A DNA stretch of 62,734 nucleotides, the filler included. It is 6 parts of 6 records of this genome, joined end to end, with 100 filler letters (N's around TTAATTAATTAA, not from the genome) between each part and the next. Parts side by side here need not be neighbours in the genome. Positions count along the whole stretch, not along the records: positions 13,841 to 26,945 come from DRR378314_1997; positions 27,046 to 39,494 come from DRR378314_1998; 4 more parts are not named here. One strand, written 5' to 3'. The notes below the pieces were generated by a model, which did no database searches, was not told where the DNA came from, and saw only the letters and a program-made list of their open reading frames with translations. The translations under genes were made by a program, and so were the position numbers. This document shows positions 20,443 through 30,540 of the stretch, in pieces (position 1 is the stretch's first letter; each line of letters starts with the position of its first letter).

Positions 20443-21015
20443 GTGCATGACTTGAGCAAATACCCCGACCTTTTTGTACTGAGACACGGTGAAACCGAAT
20501 GGAACACGTTGGGTAAGTTCCAAGGCCGCAAGAATTCCCCACTTACCGAAATCGGCAAGTCACAGGCTCGAAAGCAAAGCGAGATTCTCAGCCGAATATC
20601 GAACGTTCCCTCGCGGGTCTTTGTAAGTCCACAGGAACGGGCGCAACACACCGCACGGTTGGCAATAGCCCCTCACCAAAACGCAGTATCAGACGATCGG
20701 CTTATGGAGATCGCGTTCGGCCGCTGGGAAGGAGCCACAAGAGAATTCATTAGGACGCAAATCGACTATCCCTACGAAAGCTACCAATGGTATTTCCACA
20801 GTCCTGACGGAGAAACCTTTGATGAGATATTTGAAAGGGTTCAGTCCTTCTTGAGTGAACAGAATGAGCCCGCAATTATCGTTACGCATGGCGTTACGTC
20901 ACTGGTATTGCGAGGGCTTTGGTTGGGACTCGAACTAAATGACCTGCTGCGCCTGCCGAGAACGCAGGGATGTGTTTTCCATCTTTCGAAAGGCGTTGAG
21001 ACCATCTTGACCTAA
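20443..21015 (+). CDS. Histidine phosphatase (phosphoglycerate mutase) family protein
   Basis: RHGETEWN, SPQERAQHT, VTHG. Confidence 0.9.
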   Translation: MHDLSKYPDLFVLRHGETEWNTLGKFQGRKNSPLTEIGKSQARKQSEILSRISNVPSRVFVSPQERAQHTARLAIAPHQNAVSDDRLMEIAFGRWEGATREFIRTQIDYPYESYQWYFHSPDGETFDEIFERVQSFLSEQNEPAIIVTHGVTSLVLRGLWLGLELNDLLRLPRTQGCVFHLSKGVETILT

Positions 21016-21150
21016 TCAATCGGATTTTATCTGGGCTTCGAATTGGCCGCATCAACACAACTTGGATCTATGCGATACGGAAAAGCACCTTGGGGAGTTT
21101 CCGGAACTGCTCCGAGGATATATAATCTCAGCGAATATTTGGAGCCTCCC

Positions 21151-21639
21151 ATGACCCGCCTTCTCGCCCTCACCTTCGCCGCTTTCACCGCAACCGCCGC
21201 TCTATCCCAAGAACTGATCGACAAAGGCTTTGTCGAAGGCTGGAACATCATGATGGACCCGAACCTCGGCAATGGTTGCCTGATACAGACCATCTATCAG
21301 GACCTTTCCGTTGTGCGGTTAGGCTATGACGCGCTGGACAATCGTGGGTATTTCACCGTCTACAATAAGGCCTGGGGCGATATTAAACCGGGGCAAAGCT
21401 ATCCGATCCGATTTGATCTGGACGGCAAAAGCTTTGATGCCACCGCCACCGGGTTCAAGCAGGATCGTGTGCCGGGCGCGACGGTGTTCTTCACCGACCG
21501 GAATTTCGTCACCTCGATTGCCCAGAATAAGACTATGACCGTTTACAACCCGGAAGGTCAGACCGTCATGGCGATTGACCTGAAAGGTACCGCCAAGGCG
21601 CTGGAATATGCCCGCGACTGTCAGAACAAAAAGCTTTAA
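21151..21639 (+). CDS. Hypothetical secreted protein
   Basis: SD GGAG, signal peptide MTRLLALTFAAFTATAALS, two Cys. Confidence 0.75.
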   Translation: MTRLLALTFAAFTATAALSQELIDKGFVEGWNIMMDPNLGNGCLIQTIYQDLSVVRLGYDALDNRGYFTVYNKAWGDIKPGQSYPIRFDLDGKSFDATATGFKQDRVPGATVFFTDRNFVTSIAQNKTMTVYNPEGQTVMAIDLKGTAKALEYARDCQNKKL

Positions 21640-22277
21640 CGAATCGGATCGAACAACGCGTCGTTGGCGGTACAGTCGCGGATGACATCGCGACCACAGG
21701 GAACAGGTTCAAGATCGCGGGACAGACACAGGCGGACCTCTTCTATGTAGCCCTGCTTGCAAGTGATGGTGATCATGTCCGCCTCAAGCGTGGGGTTGGC
21801 CTTCAAAAAGGCCTTCTCTACCACCGACGCCGGCAGCTTGACCGAAGCATCCAGTTTGCGGAAAACCTCGGGGCGTATGACGCCTGAATAGGCCTGCCGA
21901 GACAGGGCGAAATAGTCAGGCGCGCTGAGACCCGAGCAGGTTCCATGCTTTTTCCACTGATGCCAGGCCAGCCCAGAAGACCCCTGAATATCTTCCATTT
22001 CCCGTGTCATGCGGCGCGTAGGCGCGGCCTCGGGTGTGCGGCAAAACGAAGGCCAGCCCTGGTGGAACTGTGGCCAAAGACCGTGCAGGATCCACCCGTG
22101 ATCATGCCGCGCGTCGCATTGATCCGATCCGCGCGCATCCCCTTCGCGGGCGCACCAATTGGGCGACCAGCTAAGCGACAGGACGTAATAGTCGAACTCT
22201 CCTGCTTTTTCACCTTCGGCCAGTGCGGCCACAGCGCTCAGCACCCACAAAAACAGCCCGCAAATACCCTGGCGCAT
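21636..22277 (-). CDS. Ribonuclease T2 family (periplasmic)
   Basis: CAS I LHGLWPQ, CAS II HQWKKHGTC, YYVLSLSWSP, signal peptide. Confidence 0.95.
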   Translation of the reverse strand: MRQGICGLFLWVLSAVAALAEGEKAGEFDYYVLSLSWSPNWCAREGDARGSDQCDARHDHGWILHGLWPQFHQGWPSFCRTPEAAPTRRMTREMEDIQGSSGLAWHQWKKHGTCSGLSAPDYFALSRQAYSGVIRPEVFRKLDASVKLPASVVEKAFLKANPTLEADMITITCKQGYIEEVRLCLSRDLEPVPCGRDVIRDCTANDALFDPIR

Positions 22278-22407
22278 TCGCCTCTTCCCTTCTTTATCTG
22301 ACGCGACTATATAAGCCTCAAGTTCCCCGACAACGGAAACCTGCCCCGAAGCCACGGGGCCGCCGAATTCCGGCGACGGGATAGATGTATTTATAGGAGA
22401 CGGGCTG

Positions 22408-23169
22408 ATGGCAAAACCGCTTATGGCCAAGGCAACCGCCGTATGGCTAGTGGACAACACCACGATCAGCTTCAAGCAGATCGCGGATTTTGTAGGCATG
22501 CACGAGCTTGAAGTTCAAGGCATCGCGGATGGCGATGTGGCCGCTGGTGTGAAGGGCTTTGACCCGATTGCCAACAACCAGCTGACCCAGGACGAGATCG
22601 ATACAGCGCAGAACAACCCGCTTTACAAGCTGAAGCTCAAGTTCAACCCGGCTGCATCGGGCGAAGAAAAACGTCGCGGCCCACGCTATACCCCGCTGTC
22701 CAAGCGTCAGGACCGTCCGAACTCGATCCTGTGGCTGGTCAAGTTCCACCCCGAACTCAGCGACGGTCAGATCGCCAAGCTGGTCGGCACCACCAAACCG
22801 ACCATCCAGTCGATCCGCGAGCGCACGCACTGGAACATCTCGAACATGCAACCCATCGATCCGGTTGCTCTGGGCCTGTGCAAACAGTCCGAGCTTGATG
22901 CGATTGTTCAAAAGGCTGCCGCTAAGAAAGCAGCTGAGGGCGGCGTCATGAGCGATGACGAGCGTCGCAAGCTGGTATCGACCGAGCAGTCGCTGGAAAT
23001 GGACTCGGCGCCGAAGATACCGACTGCGATTGAGGGGCTGGAAACCTTCTCGCTGTCAAATGAACCGGAAGAGAAAGAAGACGATGACGTGATCGTCGAC
23101 GCTGATAGCTTCTTCAACCTGCCTAAAGATGGTGGCAGTGAAGAAGATGACGAAGATCCGCGCCCCTGA
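22408..23169 (+). CDS. trcR: DUF1013 family / cell-cycle regulator TrcR
   Basis: MAKATAVWLVDNT, RYTPLSKRQDRP, GTTKPTI, RTHWN, DPVALGLC; acidic tail. Confidence 0.88.
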   Translation: MAKPLMAKATAVWLVDNTTISFKQIADFVGMHELEVQGIADGDVAAGVKGFDPIANNQLTQDEIDTAQNNPLYKLKLKFNPAASGEEKRRGPRYTPLSKRQDRPNSILWLVKFHPELSDGQIAKLVGTTKPTIQSIRERTHWNISNMQPIDPVALGLCKQSELDAIVQKAAAKKAAEGGVMSDDERRKLVSTEQSLEMDSAPKIPTAIEGLETFSLSNEPEEKEDDDVIVDADSFFNLPKDGGSEEDDEDPRP

Positions 23170-23177
23170 GATGCGTC

Positions 23178-23203
23178 AGCCCTGACTTGAATTAGTCAGG
23201 GCT
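23178..23203. terminator. Hairpin after trcR
   Basis: AGCCCTGACT-TGAATT-AGTCAGGGCT, a 10-bp stem; only a weak T tail. Confidence 0.45.
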
Positions 23204-23223
23204 CAATTTGTTCGAGAAACCTG

Positions 23224-23613
23224 ATGCTGAGCATTTTGTCCTCAATACTCGGACCGCATCGCGCCGTTTCGGTCTATGTGTTTCTGAAAACCTGGTGGCT
23301 GGCCATTACCGGTGCCATTGCCATGACTGCCATTGTTGCAGGATTGTTGTTGCTGAACGACGATGGCGCGCATGAACACCACTCGTTCCTGACTGTTGCT
23401 GTTCTTTCTGCGTCGCCAATCAATGGTGATATCAAGAATGGCGTGATCGCGTCGGTACGCTTGCCGGACGGTTCCGCAACTTCCATCACCTCGACGGAAC
23501 GGCCAGTGGCGCAATCTGTCGGGACCAGCGCGTGTATCGAAAAACGTGTCTACGTTGAAAGCGGTGAACCCCGATATAGGTTCAAGCTGCCGCGATACTG
23601 CGCCGCTAGCTGA
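23224..23613 (+). CDS. Hypothetical membrane-anchored protein
   Basis: 129-aa ORF filling the intergenic space, with one hydrophobic helix. Confidence 0.55.
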   Translation: MLSILSSILGPHRAVSVYVFLKTWWLAITGAIAMTAIVAGLLLLNDDGAHEHHSFLTVAVLSASPINGDIKNGVIASVRLPDGSATSITSTERPVAQSVGTSACIEKRVYVESGEPRYRFKLPRYCAAS

Positions 23614-23618
23614 AAAGT

Positions 23619-23652
23619 AAAACCGCCCGGTCACATCGCCGGGCGGCTTTTT
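23619..23652. terminator. Bidirectional intrinsic terminator
   Basis: AAAA-CCGCCCGG-loop-CCGGGCGG-CTTTTT between convergent genes. Confidence 0.75.
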
Positions 23653-23655
23653 CGT

Positions 23656-24687
23656 TCAAATCATCTGGAACACTACACCCGCAACGATGGCCCCGCTGAT
23701 GCCTAACCCCAGATAGGTGGCAAAGACGCGCGGCTTGACCAGTGACCAGACCGCCGCCATCGCCGGAATTGAACTGACAGCCCCGGCAACCATGAACGCC
23801 ATGGCAGCGCCCGCTGTCATCCCCTGCTCCATCAGACCGGCCAATAGCGGCGGTGCGACGTAGGAGTTCAAATAGGCGGGCATCCCGACCAATGCGGCTA
23901 TGACGATAGGCACAACACCCTCGCCCCCGACGACACGAGCGATCAGGTCTGCAGGGACATAGCTAACCAACAGCGCCTCAAGCACGTAAGCCAGCGCCAG
24001 CCATTTCAGCAGGAACAGGCCGTTCTGAACAAATTCAGAGCGGAACTTGGCCCGACGTTCAGGTTCTTGCCAGAACTTCCAAACTGGTTTGTCGTCTGGC
24101 TTCGGTACGCTGCCGCAGCAACCTGCAGGTTTGTATTCCCGCAGAGGCTCGGCAAAGGCACCGCTGCGCATCAGGGTGCGAACCGCAAAACCCCCGAAAA
24201 GACCTAGCGCAATCGCTGCAACAGCCTTGCCAATGGCAAAAGGCCAGCCCAGCGCACCTGCGGTGATCAACAGTGTTGGTGGATCGATCAAAGGCGAACT
24301 CAGCCAGAAGGCCATCACCGCCGACAAGGGCGCGCCCAGCGCCAGAAGCCCGGCGATAAAGGGAATCACCTCACACGAACAGAACGGAGCCAGTCCCCCG
24401 AACAGCGCGGCCAGAAAGATCATCCGCGTCTCGCGCCCTTCAAACGCGCGGGCGACCATGACTTCGGCCCCTGTTGCCTTGAGGTAGGACAGCAGCAGAA
24501 CAGCAAACAGGATGTATTGACCGGTATGCGCAAGCGCTTTTCCGGCAAACGTCACGACTTCGGTCCAGTTGCCTGGATCAAAGATTGCCACAAGTGCCAA
24601 TATGACGACGATTAAGGTCCAGGGCGTTTTGACCATGTCGATCAGATTCCTAGCCAAAGGCCTGGGGTTCTGTGTCAGTTCAGCCAT
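23656..24687 (-). CDS. DUF318/ArsP-type permease
   Basis: APFCSCEVIP, SPLIDP, central GCCG loop, multiple TM helices; overlaps the ArsR gene upstream. Confidence 0.88.
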   Translation of the reverse strand: MAELTQNPRPLARNLIDMVKTPWTLIVVILALVAIFDPGNWTEVVTFAGKALAHTGQYILFAVLLLSYLKATGAEVMVARAFEGRETRMIFLAALFGGLAPFCSCEVIPFIAGLLALGAPLSAVMAFWLSSPLIDPPTLLITAGALGWPFAIGKAVAAIALGLFGGFAVRTLMRSGAFAEPLREYKPAGCCGSVPKPDDKPVWKFWQEPERRAKFRSEFVQNGLFLLKWLALAYVLEALLVSYVPADLIARVVGGEGVVPIVIAALVGMPAYLNSYVAPPLLAGLMEQGMTAGAAMAFMVAGAVSSIPAMAAVWSLVKPRVFATYLGLGISGAIVAGVVFQMI

Positions 24688-24988
24688 CGTTCGCGACCTT
24701 TCCCACTTCGTCCACGCAACATTCACTGAGGATGAACTGCGCCAGATTTCTCAGTTCATCAAAACACGCCCGATTGATCGTACTGCGTCCGACTTTCTCT
24801 TGCTCTACAACACCACCCGCGGCCAAAAATCGAAGGTGATGCGCCAGGGTCGAGGGCGCAATGCCCGTCCGAGACTGGATTTCTCCGACAGTTAGCCCCG
24901 TTTGCCCGGCGCGGACCAAAGTCTTCAGAACCTTCAGCCGAGCTTCGGACCCCATCGCCGAAAAGCCAGCAGCGGCTTCTTCCCACAT
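24680..24988 (-). CDS. ArsR/SmtB family transcriptional regulator
   Basis: FSAMGSEARLKVL, STLAHHL, C-terminal ECC (vicinal Cys pair seen in some arsenite-sensing ArsRs). Confidence 0.9.
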   Translation of the reverse strand: MWEEAAAGFSAMGSEARLKVLKTLVRAGQTGLTVGEIQSRTGIAPSTLAHHLRFLAAGGVVEQEKVGRSTINRACFDELRNLAQFILSECCVDEVGKVANDG

Positions 24989-25090
24989 TTGCCATCTCCA
25001 TTAAACTAGATTTATAGTTATTTAGATCGATTCCCTTTACACGTCAACAGCAGGACTGCGGGTGCATTCTCTATTGGGTTCGGTCGCACG

Positions 25091-25122
25091 ATAAGTCCAG
25101 ATTGCCACGGCCTTAGGTCCAA
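25091..25122 (-). promoter_or_regulatory. Putative TauR direct-repeat boxes upstream of tauR
   Basis: The minus strand reads TTGGACCTAA (25122-25113) and CTGGACTTAT (25100-25091), 22 nt apart; each differs from CTGGACYTAA at one position. Confidence 0.6.
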
Positions 25123-25136
25123 CCTATAAGGATGCA

Positions 25137-26597
25137 ATGGGTATCTCGGTCGACACGTTTTTTCTGGAACGCAATGGGCAAGGCACGTTGCAAGCGCAGC
25201 TGCAGCAGTTGATCGCCGAGGGTATTCTGTCAGGGCGGTTTCATGTTGGTGAAAAGCTGCCCTCGTCCCGTAAACTTGCTGCTCATCTGGGTGTCAGCCG
25301 GATAACGGTCACCCTTGCCTATACCGAGTTGCTGGCAAATGACTACCTTACTGCCAAGGGCCGATCGGGATATTATGTTTCGGAAAATGCGCCCGTGCCG
25401 CCGACCTATACGCCAGTGCGGCGTGATACCGAGGTCGTCGACTGGGATCGGACCTTTGCGCGCAGATACTCGGATGGTGATGTGTTGGCAAAGCCCAAAA
25501 ACTGGCGCGAATATCGCTATCCATTCATCTATGGTCAGGTCGACAGGAAACTGTTCGATCATGCAAACTGGCGTCTTTGCGCGGTTCGGGCCCTTGGGCA
25601 CAAGGATTTCGACTCTCTGACCGGAGATCATGTCGATCAGGACGACCCTTTGCTGATCGAGTTCATCGCTCGCCACACACTGCCCCGTCGCGGGATCGTA
25701 GCAAGGCCCGAGGAAATCCTGATCACCTTAGGCGCTCAGAACGCCCTTTGGCTGGCCTCGCGCATTTTGTTGAACAAGAACCGAAGGGCAGCCATTGAAA
25801 ACCCTTGCTACTACGCCCTACGCGATCTTCTGAATCATTCGGAGTGCAAGCTTTCCTACCTGCAGGTCGACCGTGACGGGTTACTTCCGGAAACGATCCC
25901 TGACGATACCGACGTCATTTTTACCACCCCCAGCCATCAGTGCCCGACCACTGCGACCATGCCGGTCGATCGCCGACATGCGCTGCTGAGTCGTGCTCGT
26001 GAATTGGACGCCATGATCGTCGAGGATGACTATGAGTTCGAAATGTCATTCCTCGGCGCCCCTTCACCCGCGCTTCGATCAATGGATCGGGACGGGCGGG
26101 TCATCTATGTAGGCAGTTTTTCCAAGTCGTTATTTCCGGGTCTGCGGCTGGGCTATATGGTCGGGTCCGAACCTTTTATCCGCGAAGCCCGGGCATTGCG
26201 ATCATTGGTCCTACGACACCCGCCCGGTCACATACAGCGAACCGCAGCCTATTTTCTGTCGCTGGGCCACTACGATGCGCAGATCCGGCGTATGGCCAAA
26301 ACGCTGCAACGCCGCCGCGAAACCATTGAAGAGGCCATCGGGCAATATGGCCTAACCGTGGCGGGGCGGGGCATGCTCGGCGGATCATCGATCTGGATGC
26401 AGGCACCGCCACGTGTCGACACAGCAAAACTGGCCAGGGACCTACAGCGCCAAAGTGTCCATATCGAACCTGGCGAACCTTTCTTCTCAGGCGAGAACAG
26501 GCCGAAAAACTATTACCGGCTGGGCTACTCTTCGATCTCGTCAGCGCGTATCGCGCCGGGCATCCAGCAAATAGCCGAGGCCATCCGTCGATCCTGA
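25137..26597 (+). CDS. tauR: MocR/GabR-type GntR regulator with PLP-binding domain; taurine regulator
   Basis: LPSSRKLAAHLGVSRITV wHTH, EDDYE, GSFSKSLFPGLRLGY; directly upstream of xsc. Confidence 0.85.
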   Translation: MGISVDTFFLERNGQGTLQAQLQQLIAEGILSGRFHVGEKLPSSRKLAAHLGVSRITVTLAYTELLANDYLTAKGRSGYYVSENAPVPPTYTPVRRDTEVVDWDRTFARRYSDGDVLAKPKNWREYRYPFIYGQVDRKLFDHANWRLCAVRALGHKDFDSLTGDHVDQDDPLLIEFIARHTLPRRGIVARPEEILITLGAQNALWLASRILLNKNRRAAIENPCYYALRDLLNHSECKLSYLQVDRDGLLPETIPDDTDVIFTTPSHQCPTTATMPVDRRHALLSRARELDAMIVEDDYEFEMSFLGAPSPALRSMDRDGRVIYVGSFSKSLFPGLRLGYMVGSEPFIREARALRSLVLRHPPGHIQRTAAYFLSLGHYDAQIRRMAKTLQRRRETIEEAIGQYGLTVAGRGMLGGSSIWMQAPPRVDTAKLARDLQRQSVHIEPGEPFFSGENRPKNYYRLGYSSISSARIAPGIQQIAEAIRRS

Positions 26598-26600
26598 ACT

Positions 26601-26636
26601 GTTCTGGACTTAAGCCGCCACCCGTTCTGGCCCTAA
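26601..26636 (+). promoter_or_regulatory. TauR binding site (direct repeat) in the xsc promoter
   Basis: GTTCTGGACTTAA-N10-GTTCTGGCCCTAA, 23-nt period; matches the CTGGACYTAA TauR consensus known from Rhodobacter. Confidence 0.75.
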
Positions 26637-26720
26637 CGCCACGGACACCTGTGCGCCAAAACCGACCAGAAACAGGGGCGCCGGACCCCGTGCCAGCCAT
26701 CTATGATCGGAGATACGCAG

Positions 26721-26945
26721 ATGAAGATGACCACCGAAGAAGCCTTTGTCAAAACTTTGCAGATGCATGGGATCGAACATGCGTTCGGTATCATCGGCTC
26801 GGCCATGATGCCCATTTCTGACATTTTTGAGAAAGCTGGTATCAGTTTTTGGGATTGCGCGCATGAAGGTTCAGGCGGAATGATGGCCGATGGCTATACC
26901 CGCGCGACCGGCAAAATGTCGATGATGATCGCCCAGAACGGCCCC
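26721..26945 (+). CDS. xsc: Sulfoacetaldehyde acetyltransferase (5' fragment)
   Basis: MKMTTEEAFVKTLQMHGIEHAFGIIGSA...HEG...AQNGP, the Xsc N-terminus; truncated by the contig end. Confidence 0.93.
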
Positions 26946-27045
26946 NNNNNNNNNNNNNNNNNNNNNNNNNNNNNNNNNNNNNNNNNNNNTTAATTAATTA
27001 ANNNNNNNNNNNNNNNNNNNNNNNNNNNNNNNNNNNNNNNNNNNN
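26946..27045. other. Artificial contig-joining spacer
   Basis: N44-TTAATTAATTAA-N44. Confidence 0.97.
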
Positions 27046-27046
27046 C

Positions 27047-28507
27047 ACCGACCCGCATGAGATCGCCAATGTGCTGGGCCTTGAAGGCGTGCGGCTGATG
27101 CATGACGAGGCGCTTTTGCAGCCGGTCAATATTTACACCCAGATGCCCTCCTGCGCGCCCTCGGCGCCGGGGTTGGAGACCACCGGCTATGAGATCTCGC
27201 CCGAGGACGTGGCGGAGGCAATGAACTGGCCCGGCATCATCGGGTTGGGCGAGATGATGAACTTTCCCGGTGTCGCCAATGGTGATGCCAAGATGTTGGC
27301 GGAGATCGCCGCCACCCAGCGCGCCGGAAAGACCGTCGGCGGGCATTATGCCTCGCCCGATCTGGGGCCGGATTTTGCCGCTTATGTGGCCGGCGGCCCG
27401 GCGGATGATCACGAGGGCACTTGCGAGGCGGACGCCATCGCGCGGATGCGGCAGGGGATGCGCGCGATGGTGCGTCTGGGCTCCGCCTGGTACGACGTCG
27501 AGGCGCAGATCACCGCGATCACCGAGAAAGGCCTCGATCCTCGCAATTTCATCCTCTGCACCGATGATTGCCACTCCGGCACGCTGGTCAACGATGGCCA
27601 TATGAACCGGGTGGTGCGCCACGCCATCGCCTGCGGCTGTGACCCGGTGGTGGCGATCCAGATGGCGACCATCAATGCCGCGACGCATTTTGGTCTGGAG
27701 CGCGAGATCGGCTCCCTCACCCCCGGTCGGCGGGCGGATGTGATCCTGAGCTCGGATCTGACAACCTTGCCCATCGAAGTGGTCATTGCGCGCGGGCAGG
27801 TCGTGGCAGAAGCAGGCTCTATCAAGGTGGATTGCCCGCATCTGGACTGGCCGGACAGCGCCCGGGGCACCGTGCATCTGGGGCATCAATTGACCGCGGG
27901 GGACTTTGAACTCGCAGCGCCAGAGGGTGCAAACTCCGTCACCGCGAATGTGATCGGCGTGGTGGAGAACCAGGCCCCGACCAAGGCGCTGAAGGCGGAG
28001 CTGCCGGTCAAGGATGGGCTGGTTGAAGGCGAGGGGCCAGTGTGTCAGATCGCGCTGGTCGAACGTCATCAGGCCACGGGCGGCGTCACCAACGCGTTTG
28101 TCTCGGGGTTTGGCTATGAGGGGCGGATGGCGATGGCCTCCACCGTCGCCCATGACAGTCACCACATGATCGTGGTCGGCACCGACCGCGCGCAGATGGC
28201 GCTGGCGGCAAACCGTCTGGCCGAAGTTGGCGGCGGCATCACGATCTTCCGAGATGGTGAGGAGCTGGCGCTGGTGGAGTTGCCGATCGCCGGGTTGATG
28301 TCGGACCGTCCTGCCTCCATGGTGGCTGCGGACGCGGACAAGCTGGTTGCGGCCATGCAGGACTGCGGCTGCCAGCTCAACAACGCCTATATGCAGCACT
28401 CGTTGCTGGCCCTCGTGGTCATACCTGAGCTGAGGATCAGCGATCTCGGCCTTGTCGATGTGCGTACATTCCAGAAAATTCCAGTAATCGAGCCGTTCAA
28501 TGACTGA
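27047..28507 (+). CDS. ade: Adenine deaminase (5'-partial)
   Basis: TDPHEIANVLG, GLGEMMNFP, DDHE, CTDD, STVAHDSHH, LPIAGLMS. Confidence 0.95.
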   Translation, partial: TDPHEIANVLGLEGVRLMHDEALLQPVNIYTQMPSCAPSAPGLETTGYEISPEDVAEAMNWPGIIGLGEMMNFPGVANGDAKMLAEIAATQRAGKTVGGHYASPDLGPDFAAYVAGGPADDHEGTCEADAIARMRQGMRAMVRLGSAWYDVEAQITAITEKGLDPRNFILCTDDCHSGTLVNDGHMNRVVRHAIACGCDPVVAIQMATINAATHFGLEREIGSLTPGRRADVILSSDLTTLPIEVVIARGQVVAEAGSIKVDCPHLDWPDSARGTVHLGHQLTAGDFELAAPEGANSVTANVIGVVENQAPTKALKAELPVKDGLVEGEGPVCQIALVERHQATGGVTNAFVSGFGYEGRMAMASTVAHDSHHMIVVGTDRAQMALAANRLAEVGGGITIFRDGEELALVELPIAGLMSDRPASMVAADADKLVAAMQDCGCQLNNAYMQHSLLALVVIPELRISDLGLVDVRTFQKIPVIEPFND

Positions 28508-29966
28508 TGTAAAAACACCCGACCTGCCCGAAGCCCAAAGCTTTACCGATCCCAAGGCCGCCGTGGCCCGGTTGATCGAACTTTATGATGCGGCCACCAA
28601 CTTTCTGTGCGACGAGTTCATGTCGGCGATGAGTGCGGGCGCCGCACCCGGAAGCCGCATGCGCGCGTTTTATCCAGAAGTTCGCTTTACAACGACTACC
28701 TATGCGCAGGTGGACAGCCGCCTGAGCTTTGGCCATGTGGCCGATCCGGGGACCTATTCAACCACGGTAACCAGACCGGATCTGTTTGAACATTATCTGG
28801 AGCAGCAGATTGGCCTGTTGGTCAAGAACCACGGTCAGCCCGTGGTCGTGGGTGTTTCGGAAACACCGATGCCGGTGCATTTTGCCGTTGCCTCTCGCCC
28901 CGGTTTGACCGTGCCGCAGGAAGGGGCAGCGCGTTTCACCCTGCGTGACGTCTTTGACGTACCGGATCTGGCAACCACCAACGACGATATCGTCAATGGC
29001 ACTTATGTGCCGGAAAATGGCGTCGGACCACTGTCGCTGTTTACCGCCCAACGGGTTGATTATTCGCTGGCGCGTCTGGCGCATTACACGGCCACCGACC
29101 CGGGTCATTTCCAGAACCATGTGTTGTTCACCAACTACCAGTTCTACGTGACCGAGTTCGAGGCCTATGCCCGCGCCCAACTGGCAGATACCGACAGCGG
29201 CTACACCAGCTTTGTCTCCACCGGCAACGTTGAGATTACCGATGCCGAGGAGGAGCTGCCTGGGTCCCCAAAGATGCCTCAGATGCCAACCTATCACCTG
29301 AAGCGACCGGACGGGAACGGCATCACCCTGGTCAACATCGGGGTCGGACCGTCGAATGCAAAGACCGCCACCGACCACATCGCGGTGCTGCGCCCGCATG
29401 CCTGGCTGATGGTTGGCCATTGTGCTGGTCTGCGGAATTCGCAGGCGCTGGGGGACTTCGTGCTGGCGCATGCCTATCTGCGCGAGGATCACGTGCTGGA
29501 CGACGATCTGCCGGTCTGGGTGCCGATCCCGGCGCTGGCGGAAATTCAGGTCGCATTGGAAGAGGCGGTGGCGCAGGAAACCGGACTTGAGGGGTATGAC
29601 CTCAAGCGGATCATGCGCACCGGCACCGTTGCCAGCCACGACAACCGCAATTGGGAGCTGAGGGATCAGTCCGGCCCGGTGCAGCACCTGAGCCAATCCC
29701 GCGCCATTGCGCTTGATATGGAGAGTGCAACCATTGCCGCCAACGGGTACCGCTTCCGGGTGCCCTACGGGACGCTGTTGTGTGTGTCCGACAAGCCGCT
29801 GCACGGTGAGTTGAAGCTGCCGGGCATGGCCTCGGACTTCTACCGCACCCAGGTCTCAAAGCATTTGCTGATCGGGATCAAGGCGATGGAAATGCTCCGG
29901 AGCATGCCGTTGGAGCGCCTTCATAGCCGGAAATTGCGCTCTTTCGACGAAACAGCCTTCCTGTAA
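28500..29966 (+). CDS. amn: AMP nucleosidase
   Basis: LFTNYQFY, QMPTYHL, GVGPSNAKTATDH, GHCAGLR, DMESAT, SDKPLHGE. Confidence 0.97.
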   Translation: MTDVKTPDLPEAQSFTDPKAAVARLIELYDAATNFLCDEFMSAMSAGAAPGSRMRAFYPEVRFTTTTYAQVDSRLSFGHVADPGTYSTTVTRPDLFEHYLEQQIGLLVKNHGQPVVVGVSETPMPVHFAVASRPGLTVPQEGAARFTLRDVFDVPDLATTNDDIVNGTYVPENGVGPLSLFTAQRVDYSLARLAHYTATDPGHFQNHVLFTNYQFYVTEFEAYARAQLADTDSGYTSFVSTGNVEITDAEEELPGSPKMPQMPTYHLKRPDGNGITLVNIGVGPSNAKTATDHIAVLRPHAWLMVGHCAGLRNSQALGDFVLAHAYLREDHVLDDDLPVWVPIPALAEIQVALEEAVAQETGLEGYDLKRIMRTGTVASHDNRNWELRDQSGPVQHLSQSRAIALDMESATIAANGYRFRVPYGTLLCVSDKPLHGELKLPGMASDFYRTQVSKHLLIGIKAMEMLRSMPLERLHSRKLRSFDETAFL

Positions 29967-30108
29967 AGGCGAAAATATGCTGTTTTCCACCGAAAATCTC
30001 TAGTTTGGTGCTTGAACTTGTTCGCTACGCGTTGTGTTGTCCCACAACATAACGCTAATGTTACGCGATGAGGCCCCAACACGTCGGGCAGTTTCAAGGA
30101 GACTAAGA

Positions 30109-30402
30109 ATGTCCAAACCGATGACCAAAACTCAGCTTGTGGCCGCGCTTGCTGAGGAAATGGACAGCGACAAGAAAACCGCTGGCGCCGCGCTGGATGC
30201 CGTGTGCAACCTGATCACCCGTGAAGTGTCCGGCGGTGGTGCCGTGACTCTGCCGGGCGTTGGCAAGATCTATTGCCGTGAGCGTCCGGAGCGCGAAGTG
30301 CGCAACCCGGCCACCGGTGAGAAGTTCATGAAAGAAGCAGACAAGGTCGTGAAAATGACCATCGCCAAAGCGCTGAAGGACAGCGTGAACGGCGACGCCT
30401 GA
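30109..30402 (+). CDS. HU family DNA-binding protein
   Basis: MTKTQLV, VTLPGVGK, RNPATGE, AKALKD; SD AAGGAG. Confidence 0.93.
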   Translation: MSKPMTKTQLVAALAEEMDSDKKTAGAALDAVCNLITREVSGGGAVTLPGVGKIYCRERPEREVRNPATGEKFMKEADKVVKMTIAKALKDSVNGDA

Positions 30403-30430
30403 TAGACCTTTTGGTCTGGCGACAGCTTTG

Positions 30431-30461
30431 GGGCTGCCCTTTGGGGCGGCCCTTTTGTTTT
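30431..30461 (+). terminator. Intrinsic terminator
   Basis: GGGCTGCCC-TTTG-GGGCGGCCC followed by TTTTGTTTT. Confidence 0.75.
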
Positions 30462-30540
30462 GTACCAATACCCGATCACGACCTATTCACCCCGCCGGGA
30501 ACTGGTTAGCGTGCCGGCGATGACAACGAAGGGGCCATTG

